Both the position numbers and the translations under genes were made by a program. Source: Promethearchaeota archaeon (GTDB lineage: Archaea; Asgardarchaeota; Lokiarchaeia; Sigyniarchaeales; SOKP01). Taken from it: a stretch of DNA of 55,556 nucleotides. Positions 37,877 to 48,080 of this stretch are shown here, one piece after another. The notes beneath the pieces are model-generated. The model ran no database searches. It was not told where the DNA came from and worked only from the letters and a program-made list of their open reading frames with translations. Positions within the stretch are counted from its first letter, which is position 1. The number at the start of each line of letters is the position of its first letter. The stretch spans positions 10,952 to 66,507 of the forward strand of contig JBHLMP010000003.1 of assembly GCA_048938025.1 (NCBI GenBank), in the 5' to 3' direction.

Positions 37877-39022
37877 TTATTCCACTTTACAGATTTTTAT
37901 CTCGTCATAATCTACAAATACTTTATATAATCCTTTCATTTCTTCATCTAATTCAGAATCGCGTGTATCTAATCTTAATATTTGATTAGGAATGGTTTGA
38001 AGTTTATATTTCGCACATAAAATAATTATATTTTTAGAGCTTATTTTACGTAAGATTCTTGGCGAAATCTGTAAATTGCCACGTCCAAAGAGAAAGCCTT
38101 GTCTTCCAATAGGTGAAACAATGATCTTAACTTTTTTATCCTCAGTATATTCGAGAATCTGTTGTTCATTTAAATCCATTGCAATAATTTTACCATTTCT
38201 AAGCAAATCCACACCTAAAATTGATTTTTTTTCGTTTAATCTGTCTGTTATTGCCTTAGTTGTGGATCCAGGTCCAATTAAATAATATATATCTTTTTCT
38301 AGGTTTTCCACAACTCTTTTAGCAATTCTTTCTTGATGAATTAAATCCGAATCAATAGAACCCATCTTAGATAATTGAGAAAAATCTGGACTAAAAGGTG
38401 TCAATAAGTAACCATATAATCTTGAGATTAATTTACCTTTTCTATATTCAGTTTCATCAATATCTAAAACTTCTGATTCCTTTAATGGTAATTCATCCCA
38501 TAAAAATTGTATTATTAAATAACTCGCAATTCTAGGAGTTAAAGAAAAAACACTTGAATAAATTTTTACTCCTGCTGGAATCCCAAGGCATGGGATATTT
38601 GATTTAACAACACTAAAGATGTCGCGTGCTGTTCCATCACCTCCAACAAATAATAATAATTTTAGATCTTCAATGTTTTTCATCATCTTCGCTGCGATTT
38701 TCGTGTGGTTAGCATTAGTATCTAAAATATCCTTAATGTTATTAAAAATCGAGTGATTAATAATCTCATAATCAAAATTCAGATATTTCAAAACATTTTG
38801 ACCCATGATTCCTGGGCAAGTAATGAATTTTAATTTAGTTTTAATTGATTCTAATTCTGTTAGAAATTCTTTTGTTCTCTTTAAAGCATTAGGTTTAGCA
38901 CCTAATCTAATTGCCTTTTTTAATATTTCCCTGCCGTCTGTACCTTTTAATCCTACAGAACCACCCATTCCTGAGATGGGATTTATGATTAAACCTAATT
39001 TGAATTTAGTAAGATTTTTCAT
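37877..39022 (-). CDS. ATP-NAD kinase family protein
   Basis: NPISGMGG..GLKGTDG, GGDGTARD, GIPAGVK.YS, FGRGNLQ. Confidence 0.9.
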   Translation of the reverse strand: MKNLTKFKLGLIINPISGMGGSVGLKGTDGREILKKAIRLGAKPNALKRTKEFLTELESIKTKLKFITCPGIMGQNVLKYLNFDYEIINHSIFNNIKDILDTNANHTKIAAKMMKNIEDLKLLLFVGGDGTARDIFSVVKSNIPCLGIPAGVKIYSSVFSLTPRIASYLIIQFLWDELPLKESEVLDIDETEYRKGKLISRLYGYLLTPFSPDFSQLSKMGSIDSDLIHQERIAKRVVENLEKDIYYLIGPGSTTKAITDRLNEKKSILGVDLLRNGKIIAMDLNEQQILEYTEDKKVKIIVSPIGRQGFLFGRGNLQISPRILRKISSKNIIILCAKYKLQTIPNQILRLDTRDSELDEEMKGLYKVFVDYDEIKICKVE

Positions 39023-39089
39023 TTGCCATCAAGATAATTAAAAAAAAAGAAAAAATTTTTGAAGTTACGTACCAAAAATCCCAGATGTA

Positions 39090-39503
39090 TTATTCTGCTG
39101 TAAATGATTTGTAATCTGCTGCCGAAAGTAAGTTACCTTTTTCTCCATCCCAATTTGATGGTTCAATTTCATACAACCAACCTGCTCCATAAGGATCTTC
39201 ATTTATTTTTTCAGGCTCATCCATTAAGTCACTATTAATACTTGTAACTTTTCCACTAACGGGAGAATATATATCGCCTACTGCTTTAGAGCTTTCAACT
39301 GTAGCATCAATAGGATCTGAGGTTGGTTCATCCCCGGACATTTCCACTTGAGTCAATTCTGCTCCCTCAAGGCCCTCAACATCTACAAAACTAATTTCTC
39401 CAAGTTGTTCAGCTGCGAATGCGGTAATACCTACTTTTTTAGATCCCGGATCGAACCATTGATGAGTTTTAGTGTAAAAAAATCCCTCTTTAACATCAGC
39501 CAT
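39090..39503 (-). CDS. gcvH: Glycine cleavage system H / lipoyl carrier protein
   Basis: VGITAFAAEQLGE, VESSKAV (lipoyl Lys), INEDPYGAGW. Confidence 0.93.
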   Translation of the reverse strand: MADVKEGFFYTKTHQWFDPGSKKVGITAFAAEQLGEISFVDVEGLEGAELTQVEMSGDEPTSDPIDATVESSKAVGDIYSPVSGKVTSINSDLMDEPEKINEDPYGAGWLYEIEPSNWDGEKGNLLSAADYKSFTAE

Positions 39504-39636
39504 TTTTTAATCACAATTTTTTTATTTTTAATTTATAAATAAAAATTATTAAAAGATATTGAATTTAATGATATTTTAATTTAATTATAGTAAAGATTTA
39601 AAATTTTTTTATTCAGTAATATTAGAAAAAATAACA

Positions 39637-40464
39637 TTGACTCTTAAAGAACAAATTGATTTTTATATAGAATTTAAAGATTGGTACTTTAAAATTATAG
39701 AGGATTTTAAGTTTAATCATAAAAAAGATTACAAAGCACGTAATTATTTATCTCAAATTTTAGAAACAAAAGGAAAGAATTGGGATCTGGAATTAAATTT
39801 AGTTACTTTTAAAAATCTTCTTAATACTAAAAATATCATTTTAATCTATGGGTGTGGGCCATCACTAGAAGTTACTGTTAAAATTTTATTAAAAGACCTT
39901 GGACCAAAGTTTTTTGCTAATTGTATAAATTTAGCTGCTGATGGAGCTTCGATTTTACTAAAAAATAAAGGCTTACATATCAATGGAATCTTTACTGACT
40001 TAGATGGAATAACTAAAGAAGAGTTTTTCTATTCAGAGTTTTTATTTATTCATGCTCATGGAGATAATATTGAAAAATTGAAGAGTTTTAAGGATGAAAT
40101 ACTTATTTTTAAAAATATAATTGGAACTACTCAAGTAGAACCATCAAAGAACTTGATTAATCCAGGAGGTTTTACAGATGGAGATAGGATTCTTTATTTT
40201 TTACGAACACTTTTAGAACCTAAACACCAAATATTTTTAATTGGTATGGATTTTCAAAATATTATTGGCAAATACTCAAAATTGGATATAAATGAAAATC
40301 AAGAAGGAAATGCAATTAAAATAAAAAAACTAAAATTTGCTATAGAATTAATAGAATGGATTATGCATTTAATAAAAAACGAGATATATTTTGTAAATTC
40401 GAAATTTATCTCAGATAAATTCAACTACCTTTCAATAGAGGAATTTAAAAAAATAATTTCATAA
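39637..40464 (+). CDS. mptE: 6-hydroxymethyl-7,8-dihydropterin pyrophosphokinase MptE-like (DUF115)
   Basis: GCGPSL, AADGA, TDLDG, HAHGDN, GGFTDGDR, GMDF. Confidence 0.88.
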   Translation: MTLKEQIDFYIEFKDWYFKIIEDFKFNHKKDYKARNYLSQILETKGKNWDLELNLVTFKNLLNTKNIILIYGCGPSLEVTVKILLKDLGPKFFANCINLAADGASILLKNKGLHINGIFTDLDGITKEEFFYSEFLFIHAHGDNIEKLKSFKDEILIFKNIIGTTQVEPSKNLINPGGFTDGDRILYFLRTLLEPKHQIFLIGMDFQNIIGKYSKLDINENQEGNAIKIKKLKFAIELIEWIMHLIKNEIYFVNSKFISDKFNYLSIEEFKKIIS

Positions 40465-40471
40465 ATAAAAT

Positions 40472-41299
40472 CTATATCTTATAATCTTGGATACCAGCAG
40501 AAGTAATTTTATATAATAATCTTTTCTCAGGATTTGCGCTTGAATTGACATTATGAATATAATATTTCCCTTCTTCTTTGGGATTTAGATATAAATATTC
40601 TGAGAAATAATTATTTATGAAATGGTTACCAACAGGTAATGCTCGAATAAATGCCTTTTCAAATAGGTTCGGAGTAACTTGTGCTGTTGCTATAGTTATT
40701 AGATTATATGTTTTGGTAAGTAAATTTATCTTCTTTATAATTTCTATAAACCTATCTTTTGATCTTTTATATGAAATTCTCTTTTCACCCTGTTCTAATC
40801 TAAAATGATTATTTAGAGTATCAATAATCAATACTCCATAAGGTTTTTTTTCTATTAAGTTTTCTAGATCATTTAAAGTAAGTAAAAAAGCAGAATTACT
40901 TAGAATTTTAGTAACTAGTATACTTTTTAATACTTTTTTATAATCATATTTAAATTCATTTGCTATATCCATTATTCTTTCTGGACGAAAGGTATTTTCT
41001 GTATCAAAATAATAAACAAATCTTACGTTTTTTAATTTTTCATAAATTCTTGAAAATTTTTTGTATGCTTGAACACATATTTGATGACAGATCTGAGTTT
41101 TACCTGTTTTATTAGCTCCAAAAATCAAATATTTTTTACCTGTATAAAGCCCTCCGCCAAAAATTTCATCACAATTTTTTGAACCAGAAGATAATACTAA
41201 CTTTTCACTTCTTTTTTTACTAAAATCATTTAAAGCATATGGTATGTTGATCAATTGATTTTGTTTAATATTTAGGCTGTTGCAGAGATCCATTTTCAT
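40472..41299 (-). CDS. RadA/Rad51 paralog lacking the N-terminal HhH domain
   Basis: DEIFGGG, GANKTGKTQICHQ, DTENTFRPERI, IIDT. Confidence 0.85.
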   Translation of the reverse strand: MKMDLCNSLNIKQNQLINIPYALNDFSKKRSEKLVLSSGSKNCDEIFGGGLYTGKKYLIFGANKTGKTQICHQICVQAYKKFSRIYEKLKNVRFVYYFDTENTFRPERIMDIANEFKYDYKKVLKSILVTKILSNSAFLLTLNDLENLIEKKPYGVLIIDTLNNHFRLEQGEKRISYKRSKDRFIEIIKKINLLTKTYNLITIATAQVTPNLFEKAFIRALPVGNHFINNYFSEYLYLNPKEEGKYYIHNVNSSANPEKRLLYKITSAGIQDYKI

Positions 41300-41466
41300 T
41301 TAATAATTAATTAAGGGTTTTAATATAATTTAATGTATTTATCTAAAAATTTTTAATGTATTCTCCAATATAAAATCGAAAAATTAATTTTTAGGTAATC
41401 ATAAATATGACCTATCCCTAGATTTGTGAATTTTTTTATAAACTACCACTTATTTATTTTATAAAA

Positions 41467-42078
41467 ATGGCAAAACGAAAAAAAGAAATTTGTCAGTATT
41501 GTGGAAAGAGTTTCGTTTATTTATCTCGTCATAAATGCAGAATTAAAGAACGAGTTGAAGGATCTTCAGATGAGAAATCGGAAATGGATAGAAGAGTTGA
41601 AAGAATGGAAGAAAAGAAGAAAGTATTTAACCGAACATTACGAAAAGATGAGGCAATGATCTTAAGCATTATAAATAGAAAAAAAGAATTATTTTTTAAC
41701 GATCTTTTAGAGTTGAGTAAAAAGAAACGAGATGAATTGGATCAAATCCTAGATGTGTTAGCAATGCAATCAAAAATAAAACTTAGACGAGAATTAGTGG
41801 ATGCATCCTGGACAAAACATATAACTTCAATTGAAGAAATTGATATTAAAACTAAAGAACTTAAAATTAACAAGAAACAGAAGTCTTTCATTTGGAATAT
41901 GTTTTCAAGACAACCGTGCTTCATTTGTCCTTTCCGTGAAAAGTGTAATGAAACTAATTCAGATCAGTTTAATCCCTATCATTGTCAATGGTTAACAGAT
42001 TGGATTGAGGTATCACTAGAAGGAAAAAAATATAATGTCAATTTTGACGAAATTGAAGCAAGATTACGAGAAAGTTAA
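41467..42078 (+). CDS. TFEbeta / RPC39(C34)-like protein: Zn finger, winged helix, C-terminal Fe-S domain
   Basis: C-terminal PCFICP....C.......PYHCQWLTDWI matches the RPC39/TFEbeta Fe-S motif; N-terminal CQYC..H.C. Confidence 0.7.
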   Translation: MAKRKKEICQYCGKSFVYLSRHKCRIKERVEGSSDEKSEMDRRVERMEEKKKVFNRTLRKDEAMILSIINRKKELFFNDLLELSKKKRDELDQILDVLAMQSKIKLRRELVDASWTKHITSIEEIDIKTKELKINKKQKSFIWNMFSRQPCFICPFREKCNETNSDQFNPYHCQWLTDWIEVSLEGKKYNVNFDEIEARLRES

Positions 42079-42714
42079 TCAAACTTTCTGTAACCCAATA
42101 AGATAAATTTCGTTACTTGTTTTTTTAGATGATTTTGGTTTATAAGATTTTATATATTTAAATTCTTGCTTTACCTTTTTATAAAAATTATTAAAATCAG
42201 TTCCTTGAAAAACTTTAATAACTAAACTTCCATTAATTTTTAGATTTTTTTTTGTTAAATCAATGATTTTAAGACAAAGGTTAATCTGTCTTATTTGATC
42301 ACTGAATTTATTACCAGATTTATTAATTGAAGCATCAGATAAGATTAAATCTAATTTCTCTGGAAAAAATGCATTTAATTCATCAATGAATTTTGGTTTA
42401 GTAAAATCTTCTTGGACTAGTTTAATTTTTTCAATTGGTGTTGTTTTTTTTATATCAACTCCCATAATTTTATAATGATCTCGATGATAATACTGATCAA
42501 TGTATTTCTCTAAATTTTCTTCAGAGAATTTCTTTGCTACTTGCAACCATGAACCAGGAGCACATCCTAAATCTAAAATATAAAATGCTCGTTTAAAAAT
42601 GTTAAATCTTTTTTGAATTTCTAATAATTTAAAAGCAGATCTCGCTCTATACCCCTCTTGTTTAGCACTTTTATAATATGGATCTCTCCTATGCTCTTTT
42701 GAATTTCTAACCAT
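42079..42714 (-). CDS. rlmE: 23S rRNA 2'-O-methyltransferase RlmE/FtsJ
   Basis: GYRARSAFKLLEI, LDLGCAPGSW, KVFQG, SNEIY. Confidence 0.93.
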   Translation of the reverse strand: MVRNSKEHRRDPYYKSAKQEGYRARSAFKLLEIQKRFNIFKRAFYILDLGCAPGSWLQVAKKFSEENLEKYIDQYYHRDHYKIMGVDIKKTTPIEKIKLVQEDFTKPKFIDELNAFFPEKLDLILSDASINKSGNKFSDQIRQINLCLKIIDLTKKNLKINGSLVIKVFQGTDFNNFYKKVKQEFKYIKSYKPKSSKKTSNEIYLIGLQKV

Positions 42715-42731
42715 CTTTTTTCAATAAAGAA

Positions 42732-43961
42732 TTAAATTTTTAAATCTAATAGACTATCCTTTATAAGATTTAAACCCATCTCTGTTTTAATTGAGAGAAA
42801 ATCAAAATGTGTTCTTGAAACCTTGTATCCTTTTTCCTTAATTTTGTTTTGAATTACAGCCATCTTTGGAACGTAGGGCAACTTTAAATTTTGACTCAAT
42901 TTATGTATATTGTAATAAGAAACAGGCATATTAATTTCCTCTAATGCAAAATTTAAGAGTTTATCTATTCTATTCTTACATTTATATCCAATTTTTTGGT
43001 TTAAAATTATAATTTCTTTGATAAACTGATTATCATGAATTTCCTCAAGCCACAATGGTCCTGCATAATCTAATGTATCCTTGGTATTACATAAGGGACA
43101 CTTTTCAAATATATGTAGTGGTTGATTTTTTAGAGTAGTTCTATATCCACAGTATTGGCAATGGATTATATATCCATAATTTTTAATGAATTTAGTTATT
43201 ATTTTTTTATTTTTAAAAGTTAGAGCAAAAATACGGATGAAATGTTTGTAAGAAAAAGTTAAAAGAGGAATGATGCCTAGGTTATTGATATTTGCCATTC
43301 TTGAAATAAAACAAATCAAAATTCTTGCTCCAATTTCCTTACAATACTCACTATGAAGTGGCTTAGATAAATATTTTCTTACGCAAGCATTTTGTTTAAT
43401 TCCAAACAATACAGGTGTATCTGTAGCAGTTACACATAATAAGCCATTTACTTTTTGTATAGCTTTAAAAGCTGAATCTAGGTAGCGATTTGGGGTACCA
43501 AAGGGATCAATGGAGATTATATTTGGCTTAATTTTTTCTTGTTCTGATGTAAAGCAGTCATCTTGAGCAATTTCAGACAAAAGGAAACTAGCATCTTTTC
43601 TTGAAATTTCAATTTTATGTTTTGGTTTGTCCAACTTATTTAAAGTGATATTTTTCTTAATTAACTTAATAGCAATAGGATTAAGATCATTAATATATAT
43701 TTTTTTAACATTTCTACACTCTTTTAGAATTCTAATAGAGCTTACTCCCGATGCTGCCATAGAATCGACTATAATAAGACTTTTTTGATTGTAAATTTTT
43801 TTATATGCTGTTATTGCTAGATTAGTTATATCACGATTTATCATCATTTTTTTATTATAAAATACAACCATAGATTTTGAAGGAACTGTGTTTTCATCAA
43901 TAGCAAGAGCATAAAAATCTGCTAATCCTTCCCTGTTTATTATTAAATCTTTTACTTCCAT
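42732..43961 (-). CDS. trm1: tRNA (guanine-26-N2)-dimethyltransferase
   Basis: VFYNKKM..NRD, IDPFGTP, VTATD, EIGARIL, GPLW. Confidence 0.93.
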   Translation of the reverse strand: MEVKDLIINREGLADFYALAIDENTVPSKSMVVFYNKKMMINRDITNLAITAYKKIYNQKSLIIVDSMAASGVSSIRILKECRNVKKIYINDLNPIAIKLIKKNITLNKLDKPKHKIEISRKDASFLLSEIAQDDCFTSEQEKIKPNIISIDPFGTPNRYLDSAFKAIQKVNGLLCVTATDTPVLFGIKQNACVRKYLSKPLHSEYCKEIGARILICFISRMANINNLGIIPLLTFSYKHFIRIFALTFKNKKIITKFIKNYGYIIHCQYCGYRTTLKNQPLHIFEKCPLCNTKDTLDYAGPLWLEEIHDNQFIKEIIILNQKIGYKCKNRIDKLLNFALEEINMPVSYYNIHKLSQNLKLPYVPKMAVIQNKIKEKGYKVSRTHFDFLSIKTEMGLNLIKDSLLDLKI

Positions 43962-43991
43962 TTTTTTATATTTAAAAACATTATAATAAAT

Positions 43992-44681
43992 TTATTCAAA
44001 TCCATTTTCTGTTAAAATCGATTTAAAGCTATTTAACTCAATTTCAGAGCCTTTAGTTAAAATAAATTTTCTTTCATTCAATTTTTCTGTTCTTGTTATT
44101 TTTATACTAAAATCCACCCAATATTTCATAACTTTACCACCACTCTGAACTTCAATGATTTGATCATTAAAATTTTTCCTACTAATTTCATTAATTATCA
44201 TAATTTCGATATCATAGGTTTCATTTATATAGAATAAATTTGCTAAGATCTGATCTAATTGGTAATTCAAATTATAATTCTTTTCTTTTCTATCTTTATT
44301 TAATTCTATTCGATATAAATTTGTTAAAGAATCTATAACTATTAAGTTAAAATTGATATTACTCTCTTGCAGATATTGCAGAATCAAGAATTCAAAATTA
44401 AAAACAATACTATTCAATTCATCAAAATTAGTAGTTTGAATAAATATTATCTTATCTAATATTTTAAAGGAATCTTTTTGAATCATACTAATTTTCTCAT
44501 AAGGAAAATTAGGTTTAGTGTAAATATATAGAACTTGTTTTCCAATTTTTAGACTGTTAATTGCTGTCTGAAGAGCAAATGTGGTTTTTCCAACACCGAA
44601 ATCCCCCCAAACAGAAAAAATTCCTTTTAAAGGATCGGTATTTTTGAAATATGCGTTTAGTTTCTGGGTTGGAAATTTCAT
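43992..44681 (-). CDS. RadB-like RecA-family ATPase
   Basis: GDFGVGKTT, IVIDSLTNLYR, SGGKVMKYW. Confidence 0.8.
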   Translation of the reverse strand: MKFPTQKLNAYFKNTDPLKGIFSVWGDFGVGKTTFALQTAINSLKIGKQVLYIYTKPNFPYEKISMIQKDSFKILDKIIFIQTTNFDELNSIVFNFEFLILQYLQESNINFNLIVIDSLTNLYRIELNKDRKEKNYNLNYQLDQILANLFYINETYDIEIMIINEISRKNFNDQIIEVQSGGKVMKYWVDFSIKITRTEKLNERKFILTKGSEIELNSFKSILTENGFE

Positions 44682-44725
44682 TTAATTAAAAATTTTTAAT
44701 TTTATTTAATATTTATAATTATAAT

Positions 44726-45565
44726 TTGAGAAATAAAATTTTATATGTATATACAGAAAATTTAAATTTTTTTTATAGAATAAATAATGAACTTAACCGT
44801 CTAAATATTAAGTTTAAAATTTTAAATAGAGAAGCTAAACTAGCATTTCAATCTTCCCTTATCCTTACTACTTCAGAAGATCTCCAACAATTTAAGAACT
44901 CAAATAAAAATCAAAAATTCCTCATATATTCTAAAGAAGATAATTTCAACCATTATATTCTAAAAGTAATCGCAGCTTATCGAATAGAATATAAAAATTT
45001 TTATTCAGAGCTGACATTTTCTATTGATCCTGGAACTAAATATATTGGTATGGTCGTTTTTTTAGATGATTATTACTTAACTTCTCAAACGATTTATGAC
45101 AAAAAAGTTTTTATAATGGTGATTAGAGACTACGTTGACTGTTTCCAAAAAAATAATCCGAAATTATTAAGATTAAACTTCAAATTTGGAAGAGGAATTC
45201 TGCAAATAACTATAAATTTGATAAAAGAAATATATCGTGTTTTTAAAAATAGAATTCATTTGAATCTTTATTTAATTGATGAATCTAAATCCTCAAAAAT
45301 TAAAATTCAGGATATTAAAAAGAGAATAATGACAAAACATGAAGTTTCTGCATTAATCTTAGCATTTAGGAATGGAATTGAAATAAATTATGCCAATAAT
45401 TTTGAAAATATTGGAAAGAATAATTTTCAAAAGTTAAATACCATGGATAATAAAGAAAGAAGCGTTGAAGAAGTCAATGATTTAGTGATCAATTTAAAAA
45501 ATATAATTGGGAAAGTATTAAACAATGAGATTTCTCTTAGTAAATCAATAGAAATGTTAAAATAA
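44726..45565 (+). CDS. RNase H-fold (YqgF/RuvC-like) hypothetical protein
   Basis: FSIDPGTKYIGMVVF, LIDESKSS, H..SA..LA. Confidence 0.6.
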   Translation: MRNKILYVYTENLNFFYRINNELNRLNIKFKILNREAKLAFQSSLILTTSEDLQQFKNSNKNQKFLIYSKEDNFNHYILKVIAAYRIEYKNFYSELTFSIDPGTKYIGMVVFLDDYYLTSQTIYDKKVFIMVIRDYVDCFQKNNPKLLRLNFKFGRGILQITINLIKEIYRVFKNRIHLNLYLIDESKSSKIKIQDIKKRIMTKHEVSALILAFRNGIEINYANNFENIGKNNFQKLNTMDNKERSVEEVNDLVINLKNIIGKVLNNEISLSKSIEMLK

Positions 45566-45595
45566 TTAATTAAACAACAATTCTTTGAAATTTTT

Positions 45596-46108
45596 ATGAA
45601 AAGATTAAAGAGTATCGATATTTTTCGAGGAATGGGAATGATTTATATTATGGTAGGTCACATGATTGACTGGTGGACAACGCCTAAAGATAGTTGGTTA
45701 TTTTATATATATGTATCCCTTTTCTCAGCTATTCTTACAATAAATACAAACATTTGGTGGTTAATCTATTCGTTAGGAATAGAATTACTTTTATTTCTTA
45801 TTTTATTAGGTATTGAAGAATTTGAATTCATTAAAACTGAAAGAAGTTATAGATTTTTATATTATTTTTCTTATTATTCTCTAACCCTTTTTCTTATACA
45901 AAATATTAATTTCTTTCTTTTTTATGGTATATTAAATAGGTATAATATCTGGTTTTTTATTATAGGGACGGTTATATTATACAGTTTATTATTAAGATTT
46001 TTGTTTAAAAAATTAGGTCCCCAATATTCTTTGAAATCTGAAGTTAGAGGATTAGCTGTATCTCTTGCAGGAAGGTTTGAAATAAAAAGAAAAAATAGAA
46101 TAACATAA
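45596..46108 (+). pseudogene. Internally deleted paralog of the downstream DUF1624/HGSNAT-like gene (frame intact)
   Basis: First ~46 aa and last ~120 aa match the two ends of 46153-47289; about 200 aa missing. Confidence 0.6.
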
Positions 46109-46152
46109 TTAACTGAGAATTTTAAAAAAAAATTAATTAGAATTTGTTTTAA

Positions 46153-47289
46153 ATGAAGGTTCAAAGACTAAAAAGCATTGATATATTTCGTGGTTTATGC
46201 ATGTCTTGGATGGTTTTAACACATTTGATTGATTGGTGGTTAAAAAGTGAGTATAATTGGCTTCATTCTGTAACTATAGCGATATTAGATCCAATTGGAG
46301 CTTCTGGGTTTTTATTTATTTCAGGAGTCAGTATTTCTATATCTTATAGAAAAAGAATTATCAAGGTTAAAAGTTCAGAAGATTATAATTATAGAATGGT
46401 TAGAAATTCATATTTGTTTCGGGCAGCGTTTATTTTAATTATAGCTTTAATTTATAATTCAACAATAGCTATTAGGTTAATTAATCCTACGATGATTTGG
46501 ACATGGTTTGTTTTGCAAACAGCAGCGATATCACTTTTGATAACATGGCCTCTTTTAAGAACTTCAAAACTCTTTAGAATTATAGTTGGAGTCTTAGTTA
46601 TAATATTGAATCAAGTTGTAATCTTCTTTTTATTACCTTATGAAGGAGACTTTAACTTATATGGGGTTTTATTCCATATTTTATATAATAGTATTAATCA
46701 AGACCCTATTTTAATATTTTTTCCATTCTTTTTATTTGGAACAGTTATAGGAGATATGATTTTTGATTCTTTTTATGAAAAAGATGAAAATTTTAAAAGA
46801 AAGATTTTTAAGAAGAATTTGTTTATTCCATCATTTGTTATCGGAGTTATTCTTATAATTTTTGGGATTTTAATTAAATTTCCTAATTATTTGATAAGAG
46901 AAAGTTTTTCATGGATAATATATGCTTTAGGAATTGAAATAATTTTACTTTCAATATTATTATTTTTTGAAAGATTTGAGGTAATTAAAACAAAAAAGAG
47001 TTATAAGTTTTTATTTTACTACTCTTATTATTCTCTAACAATTTATTTAGCTCATAATATATTATACCTTCTATTTTATAATCAATTAAATGTGTTTAAC
47101 ATTTGGATCTTTGCTGCAGCAGCATTTATTATTATAGGTATCATCCTTAGGGCTGTTTATAATATATGGGAAAGTACAGCATCGATAAAAGTGCAAGTAG
47201 GAAAATTAAGTTCAAGTTTAACTGAAAAAATTGAACAGAGAATAAAGAGAAACTTAAAAATAGCGAATCTAAATGAAAGAAAGAATTGA
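46153..47289 (+). CDS. DUF1624 / heparan-alpha-glucosaminide N-acetyltransferase-like membrane acyltransferase
   Basis: RLKSIDIFRG..MVLTH, FLFISGVS, YSLTIYLAH, about 10 TM helices. Confidence 0.8.
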   Translation: MKVQRLKSIDIFRGLCMSWMVLTHLIDWWLKSEYNWLHSVTIAILDPIGASGFLFISGVSISISYRKRIIKVKSSEDYNYRMVRNSYLFRAAFILIIALIYNSTIAIRLINPTMIWTWFVLQTAAISLLITWPLLRTSKLFRIIVGVLVIILNQVVIFFLLPYEGDFNLYGVLFHILYNSINQDPILIFFPFFLFGTVIGDMIFDSFYEKDENFKRKIFKKNLFIPSFVIGVILIIFGILIKFPNYLIRESFSWIIYALGIEIILLSILLFFERFEVIKTKKSYKFLFYYSYYSLTIYLAHNILYLLFYNQLNVFNIWIFAAAAFIIIGIILRAVYNIWESTASIKVQVGKLSSSLTEKIEQRIKRNLKIANLNERKN

Positions 47290-48055
47290 TATTTTATTAG
47301 TAGAACGACGATTAGTAGAAAGTCGAACTAAAGCACATTGGTTAATAGAGAACGGTTATGTGCTTGTTAATGGTAAAAAAGTGTTGAAACCTGGAAAGAG
47401 AATAGATAATTCCCTTACAGTAAGATTAGAAAAAAACTTTCCTTATGTAGGTCGTGGAGGTATAAAATTAGAAGCAGCCCTAAGAGAATTTTCAATTTCT
47501 GTTAAAGGGAAAATATGTGTTGATATAGGAGCCTCAATAGGAGGATTTACGGATTGTTTGATGAAACATGGAGCATTAAAAGTTTATGCCATTGATACTG
47601 CTACTGATCTACTTCATCCATCATTAATATGTGAGAAGATGAAGAATAAAGTAATCCCAATGTTAGGATTAGATGCCCGTGATTTAATAAGTATTGAAGA
47701 TGAGGTTGAGATTTGTACTATAGATGTTACCTTTGCCTCCTTAAGAACAATTCTTCCAAATGTAAAAAGAATCCTATCAAATAAAGGTAATATCATAGCA
47801 CTAGTAAAACCAATTTTTGAGACAGCCTTTCAAAATGAGATTAGATTTAAAATAATTAAAGATTCTAAAAAACTCTACCAAATTCTTTTAAATTTAATTC
47901 AATGGAATCTTGAAAATCAAGTATTTCCTTATGGAATAATTAAGTCACCCATATTAGGGAAAGAAGGATCGATAGAATTTTTTATTCATTTAAGAATGGA
48001 AAAGTCCCGCTCGAATTTCAATTATGAAGAGCTCTTAAGGGAGCTCTTGTTTTGA
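47273..48055 (+). CDS. tlyA: TlyA family rRNA 2'-O-methyltransferase
   Basis: S4 domain RIDILLV, YVGRGGIKL, DIGASIGGFTDC, DVTFASL, LVKPIFE. Confidence 0.92.
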   Translation: MKERIDILLVERRLVESRTKAHWLIENGYVLVNGKKVLKPGKRIDNSLTVRLEKNFPYVGRGGIKLEAALREFSISVKGKICVDIGASIGGFTDCLMKHGALKVYAIDTATDLLHPSLICEKMKNKVIPMLGLDARDLISIEDEVEICTIDVTFASLRTILPNVKRILSNKGNIIALVKPIFETAFQNEIRFKIIKDSKKLYQILLNLIQWNLENQVFPYGIIKSPILGKEGSIEFFIHLRMEKSRSNFNYEELLRELLF

Positions 48056-48080
48056 ATTTCAAAATTTTTAATTTTTACTC

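Noticed and set aside
48027-48048. Hairpin AAGAGCTC-N6-GAGCTCTT at the end of tlyA
   Set aside because: Explained by the repeated ELL codons within the CDS; a terminator role is unsupported.
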